DNA of 64,000 nt, from NCBI GenBank assembly GCA_965247115.1, contig CBDFGR010000003.1, positions 1,728,001 through 1,792,000 on the forward strand, written 5' to 3'. This DNA is from Myxococcota bacterium (lineage in GTDB: Bacteria; Myxococcota_A; UBA9160; SZUA-336). The notes under the pieces were generated by a model that made no database searches, had not been told where the DNA came from, and was given only the letters and a program-made list of their open reading frames with translations. Below, in pieces: positions 35,563 to 48,496 of this stretch; within the stretch, counting starts at the first letter, position 1; each line of letters opens with the position of its first letter. A program made the translations under genes and the position numbers.

Positions 35563-37422
35563 ATGGCCGGTCCGCACACGGTTCGGGAATATTGTCGTCA
35601 TCTCCTCGAGAGCGGCGACCTCGCGAGCAAGCTGGCTCCGCCGCTCGCGCCGGGAGGTGCGGCCCTCGACGACAGAGCGCCCGGGCCGGCGCTCTACATC
35701 GATCGGCCAGCTCGCGACGCGGGTCTGTGCATGCGCGGTAGCGCCGAGAGGCTGCCCGGGCCCAATCAGCTCGCTGACCCGAGCGCACGAGCCACGTGTC
35801 TGCGCCGCTTCGCCCACCACGAGCTGATGGCCGTCGAGCTGTTCGCCTGGGCGCTCTTGCTCTGGCCGGAGGTGCCACGCTCATTGCGGCGGGCGTGGCT
35901 GAGAACCCTCCACGACGAGCAGCGCCACCTCGGGCTCTACCTCGGCCGCCTGCACGAGCTCGGCTCCGATCTCTCGGACGAGCCTCTCTCTGACTATTTC
36001 TGGAAGCACGCGGCGTCGATCCACGCCGGTGCGCGCGGGCCGCTCGGCTTCCTCTCCGCCATGGGGCTCACCCTGGAGCAAGCGAATCTGGACTTCACGC
36101 TGCTCTACCGCGACGCCTTCCGACGCGCCGGGGACGAAGAGAGCGCCAGGGTTTCGCAGCGCGTTCACGACGACGAGCTAGGCCACGTGAAGCTCGCTGC
36201 GCGCTGGCTCGAGCGCCTGAAGCGTCCCGATGAGAGCGACGTGGAGGCCTACGAAGCCTCGGTCCCCTTTCCGCTGGGCGCGGCACGGGCAAAGGGCCGG
36301 CTCTTCAGTGTGAGTGCCCGAAAGCGCGCCGGCTTGAGCGACGCGATGATCGAGTACGTGCGCCACGCCAGGCCTGGTGGGTCTGGCGGGACCCGGCGTG
36401 CGAGCAGTGGCGCGCCGGTCCTCTTTCCGAATCTCGGCGCGGAAGAGGGGGATGGCTGGCGTCGCGCGTACTCGCTCCCGAAGGTTCGCGAGATGGCCGC
36501 GTGGTGGGGCACGCTCTTCAGTCGCGAATCGACCTGCATCGGCGTTTCCGATGCGGCCTTGCGCTCGCTTCCTCCGGAGCTCGAGGAAGACGCAGATCGA
36601 GCCGCGTTCTCCTTTTTCGAGTCCGAAGGGTCGCTCGTGCCGTGGCTGTCGACAAACGAGGCGGCGAAGCTCGCAGAGGCCGAGGGTCTCGAGCTCGCGG
36701 CCGCGCGGCCCGAGGTCGTGCAGCAGGTGCACGACAAGGCCTTCGCGTTGCGCGTTGCTGAGCGCGAGGGTCTGGTGCCGGCAGAGCTCGAGGGAGCGAT
36801 CCAGATCATCGAGCCGGAGCTGCTTCGACGTCCCGAGCAGGCGCTGCAGCACATCGGGCGGATCGGGAAGGGCTTCGTGCTCAAGCCTCGTCTTGGCTCG
36901 AGCGGCCGGGGCCGGCTGCGGGCCGACGCGGCCGTGGCAAGGCGGGCGCTCGACCGCCTCGCGGCGCGCGGTGGCTGCGTGATCGAACCCTGGCTCGAGC
37001 GCACGGAGGATCTGTCCGCTCAGCTCTGGATCGCCCGGAGCGGCGAGTTCAGAATCCTGGGGACACTCCGTCAGGAGCTGACACCGTCTGGAGTATGGTC
37101 CGCGCATGCGGGACTCGTCGACGCGACCGGCGCCGTTTCTTCAAACAGCGAGCACGATGAGGGCTTGCGACGTGCCGCGGCCCGCATGGCGGCCGCGGCC
37201 GCCGAGGCCGGCTTTTACGGCATCTGCGGGCTGGATGCGTTCGTGTTCCGATCGTCTGGAGGCGCAGAGGTCCTGCGCCCGGTGGTCGAGTTCAACGCAC
37301 GCTTCACCGTGGGTACGATCTCGATCGGTCTCGTGGACCGAGCGCTGCGCTGCGGCATGGTTCGCCCTCCCGCTCGTTTTCGTTTCAGTGGCGAGCACGG
37401 GCTCGAGATCTCGGATCTCTGA
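35563..37422 (+). CDS. DUF455 ferritin-like diiron domain fused to an ATP-grasp-like domain
   Basis: FAHHELMAVEL, DEQRH, EQANLD, DELGHV; then LKP--GSSGRG, IEPWLER, G-DA..EFNAR. Confidence 0.8.
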   Translation: MAGPHTVREYCRHLLESGDLASKLAPPLAPGGAALDDRAPGPALYIDRPARDAGLCMRGSAERLPGPNQLADPSARATCLRRFAHHELMAVELFAWALLLWPEVPRSLRRAWLRTLHDEQRHLGLYLGRLHELGSDLSDEPLSDYFWKHAASIHAGARGPLGFLSAMGLTLEQANLDFTLLYRDAFRRAGDEESARVSQRVHDDELGHVKLAARWLERLKRPDESDVEAYEASVPFPLGAARAKGRLFSVSARKRAGLSDAMIEYVRHARPGGSGGTRRASSGAPVLFPNLGAEEGDGWRRAYSLPKVREMAAWWGTLFSRESTCIGVSDAALRSLPPELEEDADRAAFSFFESEGSLVPWLSTNEAAKLAEAEGLELAAARPEVVQQVHDKAFALRVAEREGLVPAELEGAIQIIEPELLRRPEQALQHIGRIGKGFVLKPRLGSSGRGRLRADAAVARRALDRLAARGGCVIEPWLERTEDLSAQLWIARSGEFRILGTLRQELTPSGVWSAHAGLVDATGAVSSNSEHDEGLRRAAARMAAAAAEAGFYGICGLDAFVFRSSGGAEVLRPVVEFNARFTVGTISIGLVDRALRCGMVRPPARFRFSGEHGLEISDL

Positions 37423-37551
37423 ATCGGCTACGATGGTGGGGAGAGGAAAGGTGGACGCCGAGCGCATCGTTTACGGCGGCCCCCTCGTTGATGAGGCCGG
37501 CGACTCCTGCCGCAGCGTCGTGATCTTCCGCACAGAGAGCCCGGTGTACTC

Positions 37552-38172
37552 CTAGTGGAGCTGGGTCCGGAAGTAGATGCCCCAGATGCTGAGGTCGTAG
37601 TCGTAGATTCCGAATGTGGAGCGGCTGCGGATGACACGCCAACCCAGCTCGATGCGCGTGCGTTCTGTGAGGCGCCGCGAAAGCCCGAGGTTCGCCTCGA
37701 GCGTCCAGTCGAGTGCGTGCAGATCCGGGGGATTCGGGACACCGGGCGTGCTCGTGTAGCGGTCCGAGGAGACCGAGCCGATAAAGTCGGCCGTGACCTC
37801 CAGGTGGAGCGGCAGCTCGAGCTTGAATGGGCCATCCCCGCCGGGGCGATCGATCGCGAGCGGGTAGCCTGGGACGCCGCGTAAGCCTCTCTCGCGCTCA
37901 GTGATCGTCGAGAGAGAGCGGCGCCGCGCAGCCCCCCAGTGTCCTTCGCTGAGCGTTCCCAGCCGCTCGACGAGCGGCGGCGGATTCCTGACGCTCTGAA
38001 CATCCGCGGGTCTGACCGACGCCAGCGCGACAGCTTTCGAGTCGAGGTCTGCGGCTCGAGTCGAGGCAGCAACGAGTGCGAAAGCCAAGGCGAGGCTGAA
38101 TGTAGCCAACCAGCCGAAGGGCCTTTCGACGCCGACTGCGGACGCACCGAGCGCGATGTGCTCCCGCTCCAT
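37552..38172 (-). CDS. Hypothetical exported protein with C-terminal amphipathic beta strands
   Basis: Signal-like segment LALAFALVAASTRA; ends ELGWR..WGIYFRTQLH; GAGG before ATG. Confidence 0.5.
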   Translation of the reverse strand: MEREHIALGASAVGVERPFGWLATFSLALAFALVAASTRAADLDSKAVALASVRPADVQSVRNPPPLVERLGTLSEGHWGAARRRSLSTITERERGLRGVPGYPLAIDRPGGDGPFKLELPLHLEVTADFIGSVSSDRYTSTPGVPNPPDLHALDWTLEANLGLSRRLTERTRIELGWRVIRSRSTFGIYDYDLSIWGIYFRTQLH

Positions 38173-38306
38173 CAATGCACCCTCGGCGCATCTGGCAACA
38201 AACTTTAGCTGCTGGCCAGATGATTCCGGTTCTGGGACCTCGGATGTGCGGGAGTGCGCAGCTGGCGCGCAGTGCGTCGGCAAGCCCGGTCGCCTAGTGT
38301 TGCGGG

Positions 38307-39002
38307 ATGCTGGACACGATCCACTCCGTCCAGACCCCGGAGGGTGTCGAGCTGAACCTGCACGTCGCCGGACCCGTCGTGCGGGGGATCGCGTGGGGGG
38401 TGGATCTCGCTCTGCGCGGAGGACTGTACCTCGTTCTGGGCGCGACGCTCGGCCTGTTGGGGCGCTTTGGACAGGGACTGATGCTGCTTGCTGTCTTCGT
38501 CGTCGAGTGGTTCTACCCAGTCTTCTTCGAGCTGCTCGCAGCGGGGCAGACGCCTGGCAAGAGGCTGATGGGGCTTCGCGTGTTGAACGACGACGGGACT
38601 CCGGTGACGTGGTCCGCTTCGGTCGCACGGAACCTGCTCCGCTTCGCCGACTTCCTTCCAGGCTTCTACGTGCTGGGATTGGCCTCGATGCTACTCGACC
38701 CGAGTTTTCGGCGTCTCGGTGATCTGGCTGCGGGGACGATCGTCGTGTACCCGACGCCCACGAACGCGCCGGCACGTGCGATCCCCGACGCGCCGCCACT
38801 CGCGCCGCCGCTTCCACTCGAGCTCTCCGAGCAACGGGCGGTAGTGGCGTATGCGGAGCGTTCCCCCTTTCTCTCGGAAGAGAGGGCGCGCGAGCTCGCG
38901 GCAATCCCGGCTCCGCTCCTCGCGGACGGCGATCCCAGGCAGAGACTCTTCCGCATCGCTGCCTGGCTCTCCGGACCCGTGCGCACAGCGTCGCAGCCAT
39001 GA
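38307..39002 (+). CDS. RDD family protein
   Basis: TPEGV-L--AG---R, GQTPGKR, RNLLRFAD, RLGDLAAGT. Confidence 0.9.
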   Translation: MLDTIHSVQTPEGVELNLHVAGPVVRGIAWGVDLALRGGLYLVLGATLGLLGRFGQGLMLLAVFVVEWFYPVFFELLAAGQTPGKRLMGLRVLNDDGTPVTWSASVARNLLRFADFLPGFYVLGLASMLLDPSFRRLGDLAAGTIVVYPTPTNAPARAIPDAPPLAPPLPLELSEQRAVVAYAERSPFLSEERARELAAIPAPLLADGDPRQRLFRIAAWLSGPVRTASQP

Positions 39003-39961
39003 GGCAGCAGTTCTTCGAGGAGCAGCGCGAGCCGGACTGGATCCGACTGGCCCGGATACTCGACGGCCTCGACGCCGGGAGGCGCATCGATGCGCGAGCC
39101 TTTCCGACTCTGTACCGCCAGCTGTGTAGGGATCTCGCATTGGCCCGGGACCGCCAGTTCGGGGGGCACCTGATCGACCGGCTGAACGGGATCGCGCTGC
39201 GCGGGCACGATTGGCTCTATCGGGCGCGTTCCCGAAGCTCTCTCCGCGTGCTGCGGTTTCTCAGTACGGAGTTTCCACGCGCGGTTCGCGCGGAGTGGCG
39301 CATCGTCACCTCCATGGCCTTTCTCTTCGTCGGCTTTGCGCTGGGACTGCTCTGGCTGGTGCAGGCAAACCCGGATCTCATCCACAGCTTCGTGGGCCAG
39401 GAGCAACTGCGCGAGTTCGAGGAGATGTACGATCCGTCGGCCAGTCACATCGGTCTGCCCCGGGGCTACGACGACGACGTGATGATGTTCGGCTACTACG
39501 TCCTCAACAACGTCGGCATCGCGTTCCGGACCTTTGCCAGCGGGCTGCTCTTTGGTGTGGGGAGCCTGTTCTTCGTAGCCTTCAACGGCGCCTACCTCGG
39601 CCTCATCGCGAGTCACGTTTCCAACCTGGGCTACGGCTCGACCTTCTATCCGTTCGTGTTCGGCCACGCTTCCTTCGAGCTGACGGCCATGGTGCTGTCG
39701 GGAGCCGCGGGGATGAAGCTCGGACTCGCTCTGCTCTCGCCAGGGTCGCGCACTCGCATTCAAGCCCTGCGCGAGGCGCTCACGGGCAGCATCCTGATCC
39801 TGTACGGCGCGGCGTGCATGCTCCTCGTCGCCGCCGTCATCGAGGCGTTCTGGTCCAGCAGCGCGCTGCTCCCTGCTCCGGTCAAGCTCGGCGTAGGGAG
39901 CGTTCTATGGATCGCGCTCGCTACGTACCTACTCGCGGCAGGCCGGGCCCGTGCAGACTGA
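38999..39961 (+). CDS. Stage II sporulation protein M (SpoIIM/DUF95) family membrane protein
   Basis: YR-LC-DLALAR, NNVGIAF-TFA-G, FNG, H-SFEL, AA-IEAFWS. Confidence 0.88.
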   Translation: MRQQFFEEQREPDWIRLARILDGLDAGRRIDARAFPTLYRQLCRDLALARDRQFGGHLIDRLNGIALRGHDWLYRARSRSSLRVLRFLSTEFPRAVRAEWRIVTSMAFLFVGFALGLLWLVQANPDLIHSFVGQEQLREFEEMYDPSASHIGLPRGYDDDVMMFGYYVLNNVGIAFRTFASGLLFGVGSLFFVAFNGAYLGLIASHVSNLGYGSTFYPFVFGHASFELTAMVLSGAAGMKLGLALLSPGSRTRIQALREALTGSILILYGAACMLLVAAVIEAFWSSSALLPAPVKLGVGSVLWIALATYLLAAGRARAD

Positions 39962-41408
39962 AAACATCCGTGCCTCGCTGCGTCCCCGTGCCGGCTGGGA
40001 GGCCGTCGACCTCGGCTTTCGCATGGCCAGGGTCTGGTGGCGCCCCCTGTTCGGGGCCTGGCTCGCGGTGGTTGTGCCGACGGCGATCCTGCTGAACATC
40101 CTGTTCCGCGATTCGCTGTGGCTGGCGGCCTTCGCGCTCTGGCTGCTCAAGCCCGCCTTCGATCGGGTAGCGCTCTTCGTTCTCAGCGAAGCGCTGTTCG
40201 GCCGCATCCCGAGCATCACCGAGAGCCTGCACGCACTTCCGGGTCTGCTGCGTACCGGACTTGTCGGCTCGCTCGGTATTTACCGCCTGTCACCCATGCG
40301 TGCGCTCGTGCTTCCGGTGCTCCAGCTCGAGGGGCTGAGGGGGCGTGCGCGGCGCGATCGCGTGCGTCTCCTTGTGGGGCGTGCGTTCAACGTCGGCTTC
40401 GGGCTCATCGTGGCATGCCTGCACTTCGAGCTGCTGGTCGCCGGGCTGGGCTGCCTCTCGCTGATCTGGATCTTCCTCCCCGCGGGAGTGGATCTCGGTC
40501 CTCTGGGGCTGGCCTCCGCCTGGCTCTTCGGAGAGGGAGGCTGGCCGGTGGCTCTTGGGAACGCGGTGCTGGTGTTCGCCATGAGCGCGATCGAGCCCTT
40601 CTACGTGGCGGCAGGCTTCTCTGTCTACCTCAACCGCCGCGTGTATCTGGAAGGCTGGGACATCGACCTGGAGTTTCGGAAGCTGGCCCGGCGGGCCGCG
40701 CCCCGCGCAGGTGCCGCCGTCGTCAGCAGCGGGATGGCACTGGCTCTGCTACTGGCTCCTGCGGCGCAGGCGACCGAGTGCACGGAGCATTCTCAGTCGG
40801 CAAAGGCCTGCGTCGAGGCGATCATGGAGACAGCCGAGTTCGAGACCGTGCGTCGCGTCGAGCTCTGGGTACCCAAGAACAGCCCCGAGGCGGGCGTTCG
40901 CGCTGCGGAGCCGTCGGGGCTCTCGGAGCTCGCCGAGCTGCTCGCCCTCCTGTTCCAGATCCTGCTGTGGGGAGCGGTTGGCCTCGCGCTCTTCGCCACG
41001 CTTCGTCGGCTGTTGCAGCGAGCTCCCGCGGAGGCGAGGCCGGAAGACCGCGAGAGTCCCGAGATCACCCTGGACGCGGCGCCGCTGCCCGAGCCGCTCC
41101 CGCTCGATCCGATCGGAGAGGCCAGGTCCCGCTTCGCCGAGGGGGACGCGATCGGCGCGCTGAGCCTGCTGTACCGAGGTGTGCTGGCCTACCTGAGCGA
41201 GCGCCGCGGGCTGCGGCTGCCCGGGAGCGCGACCGAGGACGAGTGCACCCGTGTGGTCGGAGAGAGACTCGAGGCCGGGCTCGCCCAGGACTTTGCCGAG
41301 CTTGCTCGCACCTGGCAGGGCTGCGCCTACGCGGGTCGGCAGCCCGAGCCCGCCGCCTTCTACCTGCTCTGCGAGCGCTGGGCCTCGCGCTTCGGGGCGA
41401 CCGCGTGA
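39951..41408 (+). CDS. DUF4129 domain membrane protein
   Basis: RPR--WEA-DLG, YLNRR--LEGWDI, ALSLLYRG, SATE-EC, W---AY. Confidence 0.82.
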   Translation: MQTENIRASLRPRAGWEAVDLGFRMARVWWRPLFGAWLAVVVPTAILLNILFRDSLWLAAFALWLLKPAFDRVALFVLSEALFGRIPSITESLHALPGLLRTGLVGSLGIYRLSPMRALVLPVLQLEGLRGRARRDRVRLLVGRAFNVGFGLIVACLHFELLVAGLGCLSLIWIFLPAGVDLGPLGLASAWLFGEGGWPVALGNAVLVFAMSAIEPFYVAAGFSVYLNRRVYLEGWDIDLEFRKLARRAAPRAGAAVVSSGMALALLLAPAAQATECTEHSQSAKACVEAIMETAEFETVRRVELWVPKNSPEAGVRAAEPSGLSELAELLALLFQILLWGAVGLALFATLRRLLQRAPAEARPEDRESPEITLDAAPLPEPLPLDPIGEARSRFAEGDAIGALSLLYRGVLAYLSERRGLRLPGSATEDECTRVVGERLEAGLAQDFAELARTWQGCAYAGRQPEPAAFYLLCERWASRFGATA

Positions 41409-42528
41409 GTCCGCGCCAGAGAGTCTGGCTCGTGTGCGCGGCAGCTCTCGCGCTCGGCGTGTACGGCTTTCTGGAGCTCTTTGAGAAGCGGAGCTTCGAG
41501 TTCGAGGTCGGCTTTCACGGAGAGGCGGCAGCGAACCGCTACCTCGCGGCACAGCGCCTGCTCGAGCGCATGGGTCTGGAGGTGCGGAGCCTGAAGCTCG
41601 GAGAGCTCGGCGCGCTGCCGCCCCACAATGGAACCCTGATCCTCCCCACCGAGCGTGCGACGCTGTCGCGAGAGCGCGCGCGCCTGCTCGAGCGCTGGGT
41701 GAACGAGGGAGGTCACCTGATAGTGGTCACCTGGACGCTCTGGGACCAGGAGGATCGACCCGACGATCCGCTCCTCGATCCGCTCGGCTTTCGCCAGTTC
41801 GCCCAGCTCGAGGACGTCGAGTCCATGCTGTCGCTCGCTGTCGTTCCGGGCCGAGACCGGCCGCTCGCGGTGATGTACGACCCGCGCTTTCGTTTCGAGG
41901 ACAGCGAGGGGCGCGCCAGCTGGTCGATCGAGGACGCGAACGGAACGCATCTCCTACAGACGCGCCTGGCACGCGGCACGCTGACGGCCCTGACAGACGA
42001 CCTGTTTATGACGAACTACACGATCGCCGAACACGACCACGCGGAGCTCGTGTACCGGTTGGCCCGAGCGGATGGGCGAACGGGCCCCGTGTGGATTGTC
42101 TTTGCAGAGGAGTGGCCGGGCCCTTGGCAGCTGCTCTGGGAGAACGGCTGGGCGGTGGTCGTGGCGCTGGCGCTCCTGGTCTGTGCCTGGATCTGGATGC
42201 GTTCGCGGCGCTTCGGGCCGCTGCTCCCGGATCCTTCTTTGGATCGCCGCAGCCTGATGGAACACATCGAGGCGTCGGGCCGCTTCCACTGGAAGCACGC
42301 CGGGGCGAGGATGCTGGCAGACGCGACGCGCGAGGCGCTGATGGAACGTGTCCGCACACGCCACCCCGGCTGGCTGGAGCTTTCGCCCGCAGAGCTCGCG
42401 GAGCGACTGGAGCAGACTGCGGACGTTCCGCTCTGGCGGATCAACCGCGCGCTGGCGTTTCGGCCCGAGCTCGTGCCCGAGCATTTCGCCCAGGACATCG
42501 CCACCATGGAACAGATCACGAGAGGGCT

Positions 42529-42532
<4 letters not shown>
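41405..42532 (+). CDS. DUF4350 domain protein
   Basis: N-YLAA-R-L, WV--GG-L, RFGP, RRSL-EH--ASG-F-W; operon position. Confidence 0.82.
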
Positions 42533-43505
<973 letters not shown>

Positions 43506-43509
<4 letters not shown>

Positions 43510-44810
43510 GTCCAACGTCGCGCACGCTCGCTCTGCTGGGCCTCTGGGTCTTGGTGGCGCTGGGGGTCGCGTGGTCGGCCGAGCTCGCTCCCCTCTGGGT
43601 CGCTTCGGGCCTGGGACTGCTCGTCGTGCTTGCAATCGACGCAGTGCGTTTGCGCCGCACCGGGACGCTCCTGGTGGAGCGGCGACTCCCTCCATCCGTT
43701 GCCATCGGGACCTGGAGCTCTGTCTTCCTGCGCCTCGAGAATCGAGGCGGGAGGCGGGTCTCGCTGGTGGTCTACGAGCACACGCCGTCAATCGTTACGG
43801 TGCGGGACATGCCGCGCAGGCTCGCCGTTGGCGCGGGGGAATCGGCGGAGCTCGAATACGGGATCTATCCGACCGAGCGCGGCGATCACGACTTTGGGCA
43901 GGTAGAGCTCGTGCTCGACTCCCCCTTCGGGCTGTGGCGTGGCAAGCGTCTCGTGGGATCCGGTGAGCGCCTGCGCATCTACCCGAACTTTCGCGCCATC
44001 ATGGGCTACGCGTGGCTCGCCCGCTCCAATCGCACGAGTCAGCTAGGCATTCGCAGGCGGCCCCGGCGCGGCGAGGGGCTCGACTTTCACCAGTTGCGAG
44101 AGTACCGCGAGGGAGACACCCTGCGTCAGATCGACTGGCGTGTCACCTCGCGCCTGCGCAAGCTGATCTCCCGTGAGTATCAGGACGAGCGAGATCAGCG
44201 AATCGTCTTCCTGCTGGACTGCGGTCGCAAGATGCACGCGCGCGACGATGCCCTCTCGCACTTCGACCACGCGCTAGATGCCGTGCTCCTACTGGCGCAT
44301 GTTGCCCTGCGACAGGGCGATGCCGTGGGGCTCATGACCTTTGCGGGAGAACGCCGTTGGCTCGCACCACGCAAAGGTGTAGGCCACCTGAACGCACTCA
44401 TGAACGCGGTCTACGATCTGCAGACCAGCCTGCGCACGTCGGATTACCTCGCGGCAGCGCGAGATCTCTCCACCCGGCTGCGAAAGCGCGCGCTCGTCGT
44501 GCTGGTCTCGAACCTGCGCGACGAGGAGCACGAGGAGCTCTCTCTGGCGCTGGACCTGCTGGGCCGCCGCCACCTCGTCCTGCTCGCGAGCATGCAGGAG
44601 CGGGTGCTGGGCGAGGCGCTGAAGCAGCCGGTCCGCGATCTCGATGACGCGCTGCGCGTGGCCGCGACGCGCGACTACCTGCAGCGTAGGAAGCGCGCGC
44701 ACCAGACCCTTCAGAGGGCAGGGGCGCTAGCGCTGGACGTGGAGCCACAGCTGCTCCCCGTCTCCCTCGTCAACGGGTACCTCGACGTGAAGAGCCGCGG
44801 CGTGCTCTGA
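43506..44810 (+). CDS. DUF58 domain protein
   Basis: G-DFHQLREY--GD--RQIDW, LLDCGR-M. Confidence 0.9.
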
Positions 44811-44813
44811 GAC

Positions 44814-46001
<1,188 letters not shown>

Positions 46002-46121
46002 GGACGTACCTCCGGGGTAGGGGGAATTAACGGGAGCCGCCCGACAATAGCGTGGCGTTCTGGGAGGCGCGAGCGGTCAGAGGTTTGACGAGGGCGCGGA
46101 AGATTGCGAGATTCGTGTGGC

Positions 46122-46487
46122 ATGTCTTTGCTGAGCGTTGTGGGGGCCGTGCTCTTCGCCGCCGGGGCTGCCGCCGGATGGTGGCTGTGCCGTGATCGCG
46201 AGGCACGGGGCCGCGCCGAGTGGCTCGAGCGGGAGCTCGAAGACGAGCAGCTCCGTCACCAGGCGTACCAGCAGGAAGTGGAGAAGCACTTCGCACAGAC
46301 CTCCGATCTGTTCCGAGATCTTACTCAGCAGTACACCGCCCTCTACGGACACCTCGCAGAGGGCGCCCGCGAGCTGTGCTCCACGCAGGTCCCAGCTCTG
46401 GCCAGCGGCCACGACTTCCCAACCCTCGCCGGTTCCCCCAACGCAAGCGCCGCGAGGGCACGCGAGCCGCGAACGCCCCAAGCCTGA
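46122..46487 (+). CDS. YhcB/ZapG (DUF1043) family protein
   Basis: N-terminal TM helix then YQQEV--HF-QT--L---LT--Y--LY-HLA-GA. Confidence 0.8.
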   Translation: MSLLSVVGAVLFAAGAAAGWWLCRDREARGRAEWLERELEDEQLRHQAYQQEVEKHFAQTSDLFRDLTQQYTALYGHLAEGARELCSTQVPALASGHDFPTLAGSPNASAARAREPRTPQA

Positions 46488-46605
46488 CACTAGCTGGGCG
46501 GCCCTCAACCGACGGCGGCTCGCTCACCTGCAAGAGCTGCCAGCGGGGTGACGGGCGTTGGCTGCACCGCGCCTTGGTCGGGCGTGCTCTGCTAGGTTTC
46601 TCGCG

Positions 46606-46621
46606 TGGCACGCCGGTTGCA
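46606..46621 (+). promoter_or_regulatory. Sigma-54 (-24/-12) promoter
   Basis: TGGCACG-CCGG-TTGCA, full consensus, 30 nt before the ATG; GGAGG RBS follows. Confidence 0.85.
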
Positions 46622-46651
46622 TTCCCTATGCAGCCGGTCCGGAGGACCTGA

Positions 46652-47605
46652 ATGGGTTGGATGGTCGCGATGCTCGCGCTTCTCACTCTCGTGCCCGCGC
46701 TCGCTCCAGCGGATGACATGGACCAGCGGGTCTACGTCAAGCCCGGGGGCAGTCTGCAGGTGGACCTGGACCTGGGTGAGGAGATCGAGCCCGAGCGGGC
46801 CTCCCTTCAGGTGATCTCTCACGACGCAGACCAGGTCTGGGTCAAGGCCGAGACGCTGGGCTGGGGGGCGTCTGACGTCAAGTTCCGGCTCGATCAGGAC
46901 GAGCGCGCCGTCCGTGTCTACGGGAGCGTCTCGGGTCTGTTCACGATGCTGTTCGGCGGTCCGACAATCCGCGTTCGTGTCTGGGTGCCAAGGAACTTCT
47001 CGGTCGACCTGCGCTCGACGACCGGGCCAATCCGCGTTGAGGAGCTGAGCGGAAGTGTTCGCGCCAGAACTCTGAACGGCTCCATCGAGATCTTGGGTGT
47101 GGACGGCCCCCTCATCCTGCGCAGCGCAAGCGGCCCGGTGAGCGTGAACGAGTCGCGCGGAGACGTCGCGATCCGCGCGGGAGCGGGAGAAATCGAGCTC
47201 AGCTGGGTGACCGGCAACGTCCGAGCCTCTACCGGCAAGGGCGATGTGCGCGCGCGCCACGTCGATGGCCAGGTGGAGCTGCGCACGGACGAAGGGGAGG
47301 TCAACCTGCAACAGGTTCGGGGGAGGGTCGAGGCCCAGACCGAGATCGGTGCCGTCTACGCGAGCTTTCTCGGCGACCCGGAGGGGCAGATCGAGACCCG
47401 GCGCGGCTCCGTGGAGGTGATCCTCCCTCGGGACGCGAGCGTCGATCTCGACGCGCGCAGCGCGGACGGCACCGTGCAGCTCGATGCAGATCTTAAGGTC
47501 GACGGTGAGCGCTCTCCTGGTTCCGCGATCGGTCACGTGAACGGCGGTGGCCCGAGCCTCCGCATCTACACCGCGCGCGGCAACGTGCGGCTGGATCGGC
47601 GTTAG
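46652..47605 (+). CDS. DUF4097 beta-strand repeat exported protein
   Basis: Signal peptide; repeated x-T-x-x-G-x-I/V units. Confidence 0.8.
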   Translation: MGWMVAMLALLTLVPALAPADDMDQRVYVKPGGSLQVDLDLGEEIEPERASLQVISHDADQVWVKAETLGWGASDVKFRLDQDERAVRVYGSVSGLFTMLFGGPTIRVRVWVPRNFSVDLRSTTGPIRVEELSGSVRARTLNGSIEILGVDGPLILRSASGPVSVNESRGDVAIRAGAGEIELSWVTGNVRASTGKGDVRARHVDGQVELRTDEGEVNLQQVRGRVEAQTEIGAVYASFLGDPEGQIETRRGSVEVILPRDASVDLDARSADGTVQLDADLKVDGERSPGSAIGHVNGGGPSLRIYTARGNVRLDRR

Positions 47606-47614
47606 GGTCGTGGG

Positions 47615-48496
47615 GTGGACTCGTTGAGCCGCACGCTCGGAATCGCGCTGCTCTGCCTTGCGTTGCCGCTCGCTGCGCGCGCCGACCAGTTCGACAAGAC
47701 GGTACTCGTCGTGCCGGGAGGGACGCTCAGCATCGATCTCGATCGAGGCTCTGTCGATGTGGAGACCGGCGATGACAACGAGGTGCGCGTCGAGGCCAGC
47801 GCTAGCGGCTTCGGGTCGGGGTCCGTCGAATTCGAGCTCGAGAGCGATGGGCGAAACGCGAGCTTCAGAGGCAGGTCGGGCTTCCGCTTTGGCCTCCTGG
47901 GCGGCGTGCGGATCAAGGTGGTGGCGCGCGTGCCGGAGGTGTATTCGGTGAACGTCAACACGGGCGGCGGCCGCATCGAAATCGAGGAGATCGACGGCGA
48001 CGTGGAGGCGCGCACCAGCGGCGGCAGGATCGCAGTGGACGGAGCCACGGGCGACGTTCAGCTCAGAACGAGCGGGGGGCGCATTCACGCCGAGAACATT
48101 GGGGGCGACCTCAGCGCCCGTACCTCCGGGGGAGCGATCCGCATCTCGGACGTGGTGGGGAGTGTCGAGGTTCGGACCAGTGGAGGCAGGATCGCGATCG
48201 ACGGAGCGGGCACGCTCGTCCGTGCCAGGACCAGCGGAGGCAACGTCTCGGTTCGTTTCGACGGGGCCCCGGAAGGCACGATCGAGACCTCCGGAGGGAG
48301 CATCGAGGTGGAGATTCCCGAGGAATCGAACGTGGATCTCGACGCCCGCACGAGCGGCGGCCGCGTCACGGTGGAAGCGGATATCAGCGTCCGAGGAGTA
48401 TCTCGCGCCAACCACATCGAAGGAGCCGTCAACGGCGGCGGTCCCCCTCTTCGCCTCCGTACCTCCGGCGGCAACATCAGTCTCGAAGAGCGGTGA
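47615..48496 (+). CDS. DUF4097 beta-strand repeat exported protein
   Basis: Signal peptide; multiple RTSGG repeats. Confidence 0.82.
   Translation: MDSLSRTLGIALLCLALPLAARADQFDKTVLVVPGGTLSIDLDRGSVDVETGDDNEVRVEASASGFGSGSVEFELESDGRNASFRGRSGFRFGLLGGVRIKVVARVPEVYSVNVNTGGGRIEIEEIDGDVEARTSGGRIAVDGATGDVQLRTSGGRIHAENIGGDLSARTSGGAIRISDVVGSVEVRTSGGRIAIDGAGTLVRARTSGGNVSVRFDGAPEGTIETSGGSIEVEIPEESNVDLDARTSGGRVTVEADISVRGVSRANHIEGAVNGGGPPLRLRTSGGNISLEER

Noticed and set aside
37433..37555. 40-aa ORF with a YciI-like GGPLVDEAG..VVIF segment
   Set aside because: Too short and lacks the N-terminal His motif; at best a gene remnant, not supportable as a CDS
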